DNA from: Macrostomum lignano
Lineage: Eukaryota
Assembly (NCBI GenBank): GCA_002269645.1
Contig: NIVC01000654.1
Coordinates: 189,009-253,008, forward strand
Length of the DNA: 64,000 nucleotides
Reading direction: 5' to 3'
Within the stretch, counting starts at the first letter, position 1. Every line of letters starts with the position of its first letter. Below are positions 1 to 11,851 of the stretch, one piece after another. A program made the translations under genes and the position numbers. The notes under the pieces were generated by a model. That model was given only the letters and a program-made list of their open reading frames with translations, did not search any database and was not told where the DNA came from.

Positions 1-44
1 ACATACAGACAGACAGACACACAGACAGACATACAGACAGACAC

Positions 45-107
<63 letters not shown>

Positions 108-154
108 GGCAGACAGACAGACAGACAGACAGACAGACAGGCAGACAGACAGAC

Positions 155-193
<39 letters not shown>

Positions 194-195
194 CA

Positions 196-256
<61 letters not shown>

Positions 257-257
257 A

Positions 258-302
<45 letters not shown>

Positions 303-353
303 GGCAGGCAGACAGACAGACATACAGACAGACAGACAGACAGACAGGCAGGC

Positions 354-386
<33 letters not shown>

Positions 387-410
387 CACAGACAGACAGA
401 CAGACAGACA
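1..410. repeat. (GACA)n microsatellite in RAD50 intron 9
   Basis: Near-perfect GACA tetranucleotide run up to the RAD50 donor site (plus-strand ac at 412-413). Confidence 0.97.
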
Positions 411-413
411 TAC

Positions 414-3400
414 CTGGTACTTCTCGCCGGCCGATCTAAACAGCTCTTTATCCAGGTCTTTCTCCAGCTCGCGCACCTGGCCGTTCAGCTCGCAGCGCCG
501 GGTCTCCAAGCGGCTTCGCTCCTCGCGCAGCGCCTCCTCCTCGCGCCGCATTCGCGGATAGCGCTGCCTGGCATCGGCGCCGATGTTGAGCGCCGCAAGC
601 TGCGCCGTCTGGGCCGTCAGCTCGGCGTCCAGACAGGACAGGCGGGCCTCCAGCTGGCGCACTCGCCGGCAAGCTTCCAGATCTTTGCGCTCGGCGTCGC
701 GCGCATACTTGGCGCGCCGTTCAGAGTCGAGCAGCTCGGCTAGTCGCGCCGCCTGGGCTGCGGCAGCCTCCCTGGAAGCGGCCAGGCCAGCCTGGCGCCG
801 AGTCTGCCGCTCGAGACGGCGCACGGCTTCCCCGTCGGCGCCGGCCGAAGCGGCCTCGCGACGAAGCGCCTCCAGCCGGGACCGGTCGGTGGCGGCCGCC
901 TCCCAAGCCGCTGACGCGGCGGCAGCTTCATGGCGCTGCTGTCGGCGGAGCTGGTCGCGCTCGGCCTCGAGTTCGGCCACGGCGGCTTCGAGTCGGGGCA
1001 CCACCGTGCGGCCATCGGCTTCGGCGCGGGACGAAGCCTCGGTTGATTCGGCCTCCAGCCGGGATGCCTCCTGCGGTAGCCGGTGGGTAGGGAAAGGTTT
1101 AGCATGGGTATGGTAATTTAATTTGGGTAATTACTAGAGGAATACTATGTCAAGGGAGTTACGTTAGGGGAATTACTTCAGGTGAAGAATATCAGGGGAA
1201 ATTACAGGAGGCAATAATAAGTGTAAGGAATTACTATGGGGTATTATGTGAAGGGAATTACTAGAGGGGGATTGTGTAAAAGGAATCACTAGAGGGATAT
1301 TTTGTGAATAATTACTAAAGGGATATTATGTGAAGCCGAAGGGAATTACTAGAGGAGTATTACGTTAAGGGAACTACGTGAGGGAAACTACTTCAGGGGA
1401 AGAATGAGATGAATTAATGTATGAGCAGGGAATTACGCGAGGGGAATAACGTGGGGAGGATTATGAGGGAAATTATCTAAAGGGAATCAAATGAGGAGAA
1501 TTATGTGAGGGGTGAGAAGAATATCAGGCTTGTCTGAGGGAGATAATTATTTGACTAGTTCTCTCTCTTACCTGAGTCAGCCTGGCCGCATCTCGAAGCT
1601 TCTCCTCGGCTGTCAGCCGCTCGGAGCGCAATTTGTTCACCGATTCGAGCGCCGATTGGCGCCGTTCTGCGCGCTGTTCGGCAGCTTGACGCGCCGAGCG
1701 CGCCTCAGCCGAAGCGGCATCGTAGGCGGCTTTCACTTTGCGCCGGCTGTCCTGCAGAGCCGCCAGACCGTCGCCCTCGCCGTCGCCCTGATCGTCGCCG
1801 TTGTCACTAACGCGGCATCGTTCGGCGAGTCCGTCGGCTTCTAGCGCCAGACTTTCCATAGCGCGCACGTCGGATTCTAGCGCCTGACATCTGGCGCTAA
1901 TCTGGCGCCGTTCAACCGCTAGCTTCTCCAGTTCGGCGATTGCGCGTCGAGACTCGGCTAGGCGCGACTCGGTGGCGCTGAGTTTCTCCGACAGTTTTGG
2001 CGCCTCAACGTTGGACAGCTCGGCCAGGCGTTCAACCACCGGGCGCATCAGCAGGAGCTCCTCGCAGCGGGTGGCGGCTTCGGCGGCTGCCGCTTCGGCA
2101 TCGCGAAGTCGACTTGGCAGCCGCTCGGCGAGGCGCTCCAGCCGGTCTATGTGATCGCGCACCTCTGCTGAGCCGGCGAAACGCCGATCGCACAGGGCGC
2201 AGGCGGCTTGAGCGGCAGGTTTGGAACGGACTCTGGGGTTGTGTTGGGGATGCTTTGTGAGGATGAGGATGGCTTTATTTGAGTTAAGATATCGTTTGTT
2301 CTTGGAATGAGATACTGAAACGATGAAGGCAGATGCTGAGGTGCCATAGGAAGATGCTGAGGTGCCACAGGGGATGCTGAGGTGCCATAGGGAGATGCTG
2401 AGGTGCCACAGGGAGATGCTGAGGTGCCACAGGGGGATGCTGAGGTGCCACAGGGAGATGCTGAGGTGCCACAGGGAGATGCTGAGGTGCCAAAGGGAGA
2501 TGCTGAGGTGCCACAGGGGGATGCTGAGGTGCCATAGGGAGATGCTGAGGTGCCACAGGGAGATGCTGAGGTGCCATAGGGGGATGCTGAGGTGCCACAG
2601 GGAGATGCTGAGGTGCCACAGGGAGATGCTGAGGTGCCAAAGGGAGATGCTGAGGTGCCACAGGGAGATGCTGAGGTGCCAAAGGGAGATGCTGAGGTGC
2701 CATAGGGAGATGCTGAGGTGCCATAGGGAGATGCTGAGGTGCCATAGGGAGATGCTGAGGTGCCATAGGGAGATGCTGAGGTGCCATAGGGAGATGCTGA
2801 GGTGCCATAGGGAGATGCTGAGGTGCCATAGGGAGATGCTGAGGTGCCATAGGGAGATGCTGAGGTGCCATAGGGAGATGCTGAGGTGCCATAGGGAGAT
2901 GCTGAGGTGCCAAAGGGAGATGCTGAGGTGCCAAAGGGAGATGCTGAGGTGCCATAGGGAGATGCTGAGGTGCCATAGGGAGATGCTGAGGTGCCATAGG
3001 GAGATGCTGAGGTGCCAAAGGGAGATGCTGAGGTGCCAAAGGGAGATGCTGAGGTGCCAAAGGGAGATGCTGAGGTGCCAAAGGGAGATGCTGAGGTGCC
3101 ATAGGGAGATGCTGAGGTGCCATAGGGAGATGCTGAGGTGCCATAGGGAGATGCTGAGGTGCCAAAGGGAGATGCTGAGGTGCCAAAGGGAGATGCTGAG
3201 GTGCCACAGGGAAGCGGAGGCTTCATAGGGATGCGGAGGCTTCATAGAGATGCTGAGGCTTCATAGGGATGCTGAGGCTTCATAGGGATGCTGAGGCTTC
3301 ATAGGGATGCTGAGGCTTCATATGGATGCTGAGGCTTCATAGGGATGCTGAGGCTTCAAAGGGATGCTGAGGCTTCATAGGGATGCTGAGGCGCCAGAAG

Positions 3401-6400
3401 CAGAAAAAAAAGACTCACTTCTCCAAAAACGCCCGATACACGTGCAGCTCGCCCTGCAGCAGCGCTTTCTCATCCTCAGCTTTGGCCCGGCGCTCTTCAG
3501 CTTCGGCCACGGCGGTAGCCGCCGATTCTGCATCGCCGCCGCCGCAGGCGTTGATAAGTCGCTCCTCCAACGAGCGCCTGTCGGCATCCGATCGGCGCTT
3601 CTGCTCGCGCAGGTGGCTCAGCTCGGTCTCAATTCGGCCGCGATCGCAGCGCCGCTCGGCCAGAGCCGTTTCGGCCGAGCGCGACTCTCTCTCGGCGGTT
3701 GATTGCAGGTCCAGAAAACGGCGCTTAAGTTGAGTAGCGGCGCTTGAAGATAACTGTGGCACCGGCGAGCCCAGCAACTGGATAAATGGGATGCGAGTTA
3801 TGGGGAAAAGTGCATTGGGGAGTTGCTCGGAAACTTGCTTTTCCCTTCCTGTCCGAAATACAACAAGCATTAATATACGAAATCTTCCGAAATCTCGGTT
3901 AACTACTGTCCGAAATATCAGTTAACTACTGTCCGAAATATCTGTCAACTACTGTCCGAAATATCTGTCAACTACTGTCCGAAATATCAGTTAACTACTG
4001 TCCGAAATATTAGTTAACTACTGTCCGAAATATCAGTTAACTACTGTCCGAAATATCTGTCAACTACTGTCCAAAATATCAGTTAACTACTATCCGAAAT
4101 ATTAGTTAACTACTGTCCGAAATATCAGTTAACTACTGTCCGAAATATCAGTTAACTACTGTCCGAAATATCAGTTAACTACTGTCCGAAATATCAGTTA
4201 ACTACTGTCCGAAATACCAGTTAACTACTGTCCGAAATATCAGTTAACTACTGTCCGAAATATCTGTTAACTACTGTCCAAAATATTAGTTAACTACTGT
4301 CCGAAATATCAGTTAACTACTGTCCGAAATACCAGTTAACTAGTGTCCGAAATATCAGTTAACTAGTGTCCGAAATATCAGTTAACTACTGTCCGAAATA
4401 TCAGTTAACTACTGTCCGAAATATCAGTTAACTACTGTCCGAAATATCAGTTAACTACTGTCCGAAATATCAGTTAACTACTGTCCGAAATATCAGTTAA
4501 CTACTGTCCGAAATATCTGTTAACTACTGTCCGAAATATCTGTCAACTACTGTCCAAAATATCAGTTAACTACTATCCGAAATATTAGTTAACTACTGTC
4601 CGAAATATCAGTTAACTACTGTCCGAAATATCTGTCAACTACTGTCCGAAATATCTGTCAACTACTGTCCGAAATATCAGTTAACTACTGTCCGAAATAT
4701 CAGTTAACTACTGTCCGAAATATCAGTTAACGGCTGTCCAAAATCACTATTTCCCAGATACTGTCCGAAATTCCAAATTAGATTCTGTCCAAAATCTCCA
4801 AGTTAAAAGAATTTTAGCTGAATCTTAACTACTTACGAGTATACAAAATAAATTTACACTATGATTACACAGCCCTCACCTCGGCTAGTTCGTCTCCGTG
4901 ACGATTGCGCAATCGTTCCAACTGGGCAGTCTTGGCTGCCAGTTCCTTTCTAACGGCGGCAGTTTCGGCTCGAGCGGCCGCGCCTCGCACAGCGGCTTCA
5001 ATGCGCGAATCCAACGAGTCCAGCTCGGATTGGTGGGAGTCAATTAGCGACTAGGAAGAGGCGCGGGTTTATCGATTCTGTCATTTTAAGCTTATAAAAA
5101 GTAATGATAGAAATTTATGTGAAAAGTAGAGATTCACTCAAGATAAGAAAGATTGAGCAACTTTTTTTATGATTATGATTTGGAATAAGGGGGTTGAAGA
5201 TGGGATCTCATCTCCGGATTTGGGATAAGGAGATTGAACATAAGATTTTGGGATTCGGGATAAGGGGATTAAAAATGACATCCGGGGATTTGGGATAAGG
5301 GTATTGAAAATGTGACCTGGGGATTTGGGATAAGGGTATTGAAAATGTGACCTGGGGATTCGGGATAAGGGTATTGAAAATGTGACCTGGGGATTCGGGA
5401 TAAGGGTATTGAAAATGTGACCTGGGATTTGGGATAAGGGTATTGAAAATGTGACCTGGGGATTTGGGATAAGGGTATTGAAAATGTGACCTGGGGATTC
5501 GGGATAAGGGTATTGAAAATGTGACCTGGGGATTTGGGATAAGGGTATTGAAAATGTGATCTGTGGATTGGGGATAAGGGTATTAACAATGGGATCTGGG
5601 GATTTTGGGATAATAGAATTCTAGCGTGCACCTGTGCCTCAGCCAATCTGCGCCGATCCCCGTCAGCATCAGTTCCGGTCTCAGCCTCAGCCAGTTCAGC
5701 CTCCGCTTTAGTTAATCGAGCCCGCAGATTCCCCAATCGGCCGGCAGCTCGTTCCGCCTCGGCAGCTTCGGAGCGCAGAGTCTTGGCTCGGCTGGTGGAC
5801 TGGGCAGCCTGAGCCATGGCGAATTCGATTCGCTGCTTGGCCCGGCTCCGATCGTCGTTGGCGACTGCAAGTCGACGCTCAACGTCGGCGAGGACGCCCG
5901 CAGCCACTTCTTCTAGGCGGCGACGGCGAGCGTCAAGACGGCGTGTGTGCGCGTCCAGACGGCGAAGGACTGCGTCTACGGAGCCTAGCGAGAGCGGATC
6001 AGGGCGAGATGGGGATTTCTACAGGTGAGATGAGATACATTCTACAGGTGAGATAATATACATTGTACAGGTGAGATAGGATGCATTCTACAGGTGAGAT
6101 AAGATGCATTTCTACAGGTCAGATGAGAGACATTCTACAGTTAAGATGAGATGCATTCTACAGCTGAGATAAGATGCATTCTGACAGGTGATATTGGGGA
6201 GAATTCTACAGGTAATATTGGGGATAATTCTACGAGCGTACAAGTAAGATGGGGAGAATTCTACAGGTTTTGATGGGGAGAATTCTACAGGTTTGATGTG
6301 GGGAGAATTCTACAGGTTTGATGGGGGAGAATTCTTACAGGTAAGATTGACGAGGATTCTACAAGTGGGATTGGGGAGGATTCTACAGGTAAGATTGGGA

Positions 6401-9400
6401 ATTCTACAGGTGGCATTGGGAGAATTCTACAGGTGGCATCGGGAGAATTCTACAGGTGACATTTGGGAGAATTCTACAGGTGAGATTGGAGAGAATTCTT
6501 TAGGTGAGATTGGGGAGAATTCTACAGGTGAGATTGTGGAGAATTCTACAGGTGAGATTGGGGAGAATTCTACAGGTGAGATTGGGGAGAATTCTACAGG
6601 TGAGATTGGAGAGGATTCTACAGGTGAGATTGTGGAGAATTCTACAGGTGAGATTGTGGAGAATTCTACAGGTGAGATTGGGGAGAATTCTACAGGTGAG
6701 ATTGTGGAGAATTCTACAGGTTTGATGTGGGGAGAATTCTACAGGTTTGATGTGGGGAGAATTCTACAGGTTTGATGGGGGAGAATTCTTACAGGTAAGA
6801 TTGGCGAGGATTCTACAAGTGGGATTGGGGAGGATTCTACAGGTAAGATTGGGGAGAATTCTACAGGTGAGATTGGGGAGAATTCTACAGGTGATATTGG
6901 GGAGAATTCTACAGGTGAGATTGTGGAGAATTCTACAGGTGAGATTGTGGAGAATTCTACAGGTGAGATTGGGGAGAATTCTACAGGTGAGATTGTGGAG
7001 AATTCTACAGGTGAGATTGGGGAGAATTCTACAGGTGAGATTGTGGAGAATTCTACAGGTGAGATTGTGGAGAATTCTACAGGTGAGATTGGGGAGAATT
7101 CTACACAAATTTGGTCAGACAGGAAGATAGAATTCTTCCCCACCTTTATCCCCAGCCGACAGTCCATCAGGCTCATCAAACTCAGCCTCAGCATCTTCAC
7201 CATCGCCACTCTGCTCAGTGGCCGCCTCATCGGCCAGTTTGTCAGCCAGCCGGCTAGCTAGAGCCTGGGCCTCGCGCCCCACCGCCTCGGCCCTGTCCCG
7301 CTCCTGCTGCAGGCGGCCCAGTTCAACAGCCAGTGCCTGAGCCTGCGCCTCCAGAGCCGACTCCGACGCGCGAGCCGAGTCCAGATCGCGGCGCAGCTTA
7401 GCCAGACGCGAGTCCAGTTCGGCGTCTTCTTTAGCAACACTGGCTAGTCGAGTTTCTAATGCTTCATCATCGCCTTCGAATAGCGAATCAATGCCCGAGC
7501 GTTGCTCCTCGATGTCGCGGGCAAGACTGCTGCGCTGCTCTCTGCCGGAGTCCAGCTGGGCCTGAGAGGGACAAGTCAAGTATCTCTGACACCCCGCATA
7601 TCCACTGACACCCTACAATATCCTCTGACACCCTACAATATCCTTTGACACCCTACAATATCCTCTGACACCCTTTAATATCCTCTGACACTCTACAATA
7701 TCCACGGACACCCTACAATATCCTCTGACACCCTGCAATATCCTCTGACACCCTACAATATCCTCTGACACTCTACAATATCCTCTGACATTCTACAATA
7801 TCCTCTGACACTTTACCATATCCACTGTCACCCTACAACATCCACTGACACCCTAGAATATCCACTGACACCCTACCATATCCACTGACACCCTAGAATA
7901 TCCACTGACCCCCTACCATATCGATATATGGTATCCACTGACACCCTACAATATCAACTGACACCCTACAATATCGTCTGACACCCTACAATATCCTTTG
8001 ACATTCTACAATATCCACTGTCACCCTACAATATCCACTGACACCCTAGAGTATCCACTGACACCCTACAATATCCACTGACACCCTAGAATATCCACTG
8101 ACCCCCTACCATATCCACCGACACCCTGCATATTCGAAGAGTCAGTATTGAGTAAAACTTCCTACGTTCGTTCATTTCTCTCTAACAGCCTCAGCATTCT
8201 CATGACCTAAGCTCATAAAATTGATCAATTTGTGAGAGAGCTCACCTGCAGTCGATTAACCTGCTCCAATTGTTCCTCATATTTAGCCAACGCTGCTTCT
8301 AAAGGCTCCAAGCGTTCCGTCACTTTGCGCTTCTCCTCTTCGTAGGCAGACAGACGAACTTTTTTCTCCGCTAGATCGCGCGACTTGGCATCGGCCTCCT
8401 CTTTCACCTGGCGAAGGTGAGCCAATTCGGCGTCTGTTGATTTCACCTGCTGATCATAAATCTTCTTCAGGCCGCGGACTTCTTCTAGCGCTTTTACGTA
8501 TCTGAGAAGGGGCAATATGTGTATATGCGATTCTCAGGCTTTCTACGAAGCTGAGATACAATAAAACGAGTATCATGATGATTCTCAGAGTGAGACTCTT
8601 AGGAAGAGATTCTTAAGGAGGAGATATTCTCAAGGCGAGACTCTTAAGGAGAGATTCTCAACGTGAGACTCTTAATGAGAGATTCTCAAGGTGAGATTCT
8701 CAAGGTGAAACTCTTAAGGAGAGATTCTCAAGGAGGAGAGATTCTCAAGGTGAGATTCTTAAGAAGAGATTCTCAAGAAGAGATTCTCAAGGAGGAGAGA
8801 TTCTCAAGGAGAAGAAATTCTCAAGGTGAGACTCTTAAGGAGAGATTCTCAAGGAGGATAGATTCTCAAGGTGGGTCTCTAAAGGAGAGATTCTGAAGGA
8901 GGAGAGATTCTCAAGTTGAGACTCTTAAGGAGAGATTCTCAAGGAGAGATTCTTCAGGTGAGACTCTTAAGGAGAGATTCTCAGGGTGACATTCTGAAGG
9001 ATAAATTTTAATTTTAATGGGAGATTATTAAAAGAAGATTCTCGGGGAGATTTAAAAGTTTAGATTTTAAAGTCGAGATTCTTAAGAAGAGATTCTTACT
9101 GGCTAATAAAGATCCCTAATCTCCTCTAGCCAATCTCCAAACTCAAATTCAATTAGACAATCACCTGGCACTGGCAAAGATCTCATCGAATCGCTGTTTA
9201 ACCAGCTTCCCCTCCATTAGCGGCCAGTTTGACTCCTCCTGATGGCAGAAAATAACGTACTCCAGCACAGGTTTGGACACACCCAAGCTTATCGCCAGCT
9301 CAGAGTCAATGCTTGTACATTTCTGATTGAGACTTTGAACTTGACCATTAGGCAGAACTCGTTTAATAGTGGCGTCCATTGTGCGAACTGTGACGCTGCG

Positions 9401-10107
9401 TTGGTTTTGCTTCTGCGTGGCTTCCAGGCTCCGCGTCACCATCATTGGCTGCTTGAATACGTCAATCATTTTGATACCGACCTGAGCGTTGGTTATGCGG
9501 ATAAAATCAATTGAAATTCAAGGTAAGGTATGGATGAGAGGGGAAAAGGGTGAAAAGTTACAAGAGGCGAAATGCTAGATATGAAATGAGAAATAGGGTG
9601 AAAGGTAGATATGAGATGAGAAGCAGAGATGAGATAAAAAATGGTTAAAAGGTAGAAATCAGATCAGAGGTTCGTTGAGAGGTAGAAATGAGATGAAAAG
9701 TAGGTTTAAAGGTAAATATGAAAGGAGAAGTAGAGGTGAGATAAGAGAGTAGGAGATATGAGATAAGAAGTAGAGATGCGAAAAGAAGTAGGTTTAAAAG
9801 ATAGGTATGAGATTAGAGGTTTATTGAAAGGTAGACATGAGCTATTGAGAATATTGTTGCTTCAAACCTTAGCTCTAATAGTAGCCTCCCCAGTCAGTTT
9901 GGGATCGTGCACAAAGGATCCATTGGTTTTAGCGCCTGGCGGTAATTCCCCAGTGGTGGCATACTTCAAGCACTCAATAATGGTGGTCTTGCCAGCTCCA
10001 TTGGTGCCAACTATCAGGGTAACTGGGCGGATGAAGTCCAGTTTTTGGGGCCGGCTTGGCTCAAAGCTGCGAATGCCCTGTATGCTCAGGGTTTCTATCA
10101 GTGACAT
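414..10107 (-). CDS. RAD50: DNA repair protein RAD50, 5' part (9 exons, ~1144 aa in window; continues off the left edge)
   Basis: N-terminus [15 protein letters not shown], Walker [32 protein letters not shown] and RYVKAL are RAD50 hallmarks, followed by long coiled coils and a CxxC hook (CALC, 2190-2201). GT-AG exons with consistent phases: 10107-9868, 9481-9165, 8501-8246, 7561-7144, 5984-5632, 5050-4880, 3777-3419, 2232-1572, 1070-414. Confidence 0.96.
1130..1550. repeat. Degenerate GGAATTACT-type repeat in RAD50 intron 8
   Basis: Repeated gggaattac(t/g) motifs separated by variable purine-rich spacers. Confidence 0.7.
2326..3390. repeat. 21-bp minisatellite (GGGAGATGCTGAGGTGCCATA) changing to a 19-bp unit (GGGATGCTGAGGCTTCATA), RAD50 intron 7
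   Basis: Period read directly; source of the spurious LWHLSIS and MLRCHRE ORFs. Confidence 0.97.
3896..4735. repeat. 23-bp minisatellite (AACTACTGTCCGAAATATCAGTT), RAD50 intron 6
   Basis: Period 23 read directly (units start at 3901 and 3924). Confidence 0.97.
5270..5610. repeat. 35-bp minisatellite (GGGATAAGGGTATTGAAAATGTGACCTGGGGATTT), RAD50 intron 5
   Basis: Units start at 5292, 5327 and onward. Confidence 0.95.
6005..7105. repeat. 24-bp minisatellite (GGGGAGAATTCTACAGGTGAGATT), RAD50 intron 4
   Basis: Period 24; degenerate at the left end and homogeneous at the right. Confidence 0.96.
7590..8130. repeat. 20-bp minisatellite (TCCTCTGACACCCTACAATA), RAD50 intron 3
   Basis: Period 20 read directly. 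Confidence 0.95.
8580..9100. repeat. Degenerate GAGATTCTCAAG repeat, RAD50 intron 2
   Basis: Many gagattctcaag / gagactcttaag units. Confidence 0.85.
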
Positions 10108-11227
10108 GACTTGGCTTTGTTGTTGTTGGTTTGAATAATTTCAAAAACTATCTGCAATATAGTAAGCAAAAATTTTAGTTAAAAGCAATAAATTTCATAT
10201 TAATACCCACCATAGTATCTTAAACAAATTGCATTATATGACTATTAGGTTTAAGTTGCATATTTTCTATCATTTATATTTTATTTGAAGTATCAATTTA
10301 CTTTTAGAATTATTGGGATTTTTTGAATTGCATGGATTCCTATCAATTGTATTATAAAATTTTAGCAATAAATTATCTTGGCATCTAGACTTTTTAACTT
10401 TTATAGATCATAGGCTCAATAGTGTAAAGGATAAGGTAAAGACAGTAGACAATAGGGTATTTTACTTGATTTTCAACATTTCAACTGATGTTAGGTGCAT
10501 CCTTATTTTTTAATGAATGATGGGCCTAGCATAAAAATGACATTGCCTTTGGTGTTGGATGCATAAAAAATAGTTCCTATCCAAAATTTCAAACAGATCA
10601 AAAAGGTAACAAGATAGTCAAAAGGGCAATAGTCAATATATTTGATAGAATTACAAGCTTACTTATATTAGACTAAAAAGGTGGAACATATCAAAAGATG
10701 AACATCTTTTGATGCTTAAATAGAATTACTTTCTATCCTAGCCTACATTTATAATCTTTTTGTTTATAGTGTCTGTATGCTAGAAAAATAATGTAGGAGT
10801 CTTTTTTCTACTATAGACCTAAAACAAGTCAAGTTAGGCCTGACACAGCTTTGGCCTAGGCCTATGGCTAAATAAGCCTAGGCCTAATCTAGCAAAAAAT
10901 GTCTAGGCCTAATCATTATGAAGTTGATTTATCTGGGTAATCTGGCAAAAATATGGCTATATATAGCATGAATAGAGTACTTTTGCCATCATGTGGCAAA
11001 TGCCATTTGCCACATTACGTAGGCCTATAATCATTGTATCAACTATTAGTTAGATTTTGAATTGATGATTTTGCTTGATTTAGAAACAACTATTCCAATT
11101 CCACGCAAATAAAAATCAGAGTAAAAAATAAGTTAATACTATCGCGCAAAACACCATTAACTTAACTTAACTTAACACTTAAAATTAACTTAACACCACC
11201 ATTAATCACAAAGCTAAGTTCGCAATC

Positions 11228-11517
11228 GGTAATGGCTAGAGTTCCGGCACCGGAACCCGTTTTCTAACAGCTAGGGATCCGGCAGTGCCGTATAGAAGCA
11301 TGTAAAGACTGCTAAAAACATATCTTAAGAAGTCTGAATATTAGAAGCATCTCGTCCCGAATCTTATCAAATCGTCTTAAATTTTAATCTAGAACTAAAT
11401 CTCAATATCAGCCACCTGTAGAAAGAAAAATATAATGTTCCATCTATATTATAATGGCACTGCCGGATCCGTAGCCGTTAGAAAATCGTTTCCGGTGCCG
11501 GAACTTTAGCCATTGCC
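11228..11517. mobile_element. Mutator-like MITE (~290 bp)
   Basis: ~65-bp imperfect TIRs (GGTAATGGCTAGAGTTCCGGCACCGG.. / ..CCGGTGCCGGAACTTTAGCCATTGCC). Flanks TTCGCAATC and TTCGCAGTC form a 9-bp TSD with one mismatch, the size typical of MULEs. Confidence 0.75.
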
Positions 11518-11851
11518 TTCGCAGTCCGCAATCCGGCTCACACCTGCACACGTGCTTTAAAATTTCGAAGGTTGAAAATTTCAAATTTTAAATTTTTAAC
11601 AAAATGTCCCTAATGCTAACCGCTTCTAATAACTATTGAATATTGAGTCGTGTAGAATCAGTTTAAAGCTAAAAAAGTTTTGAAAGTGTACTTTTCGTTT
11701 CTAACCTATAACAATAAGTTAGTTTCTATGCGAACCACATCTGGTGAACGTTTAATTTTATTTTTTCATTCAAATTCCACCATTTATTAGCTTTTCAAAT
11801 TCCTTAGTGTCCCCTCCTAGCCATCTCGGACTTTGTTGGATATACCTAACG

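Noticed and set aside
583-1116. Plus-strand GC-rich ORFs over RAD50 exons (and similar antisense ORFs over GAS8, ORC4 and WDR86)
   Set aside because: Antisense or alternate-frame shadows of GC-rich coding exons.
2147-3245. Long repetitive ORFs (LWHLSIS, GTSASP, MLRCHRE; likewise LKPLV, HPLIY, VSVL, RVSVAGPSS)
   Set aside because: They are open only because the satellite units lack stop codons; most lie within introns defined by in-phase flanking exons.
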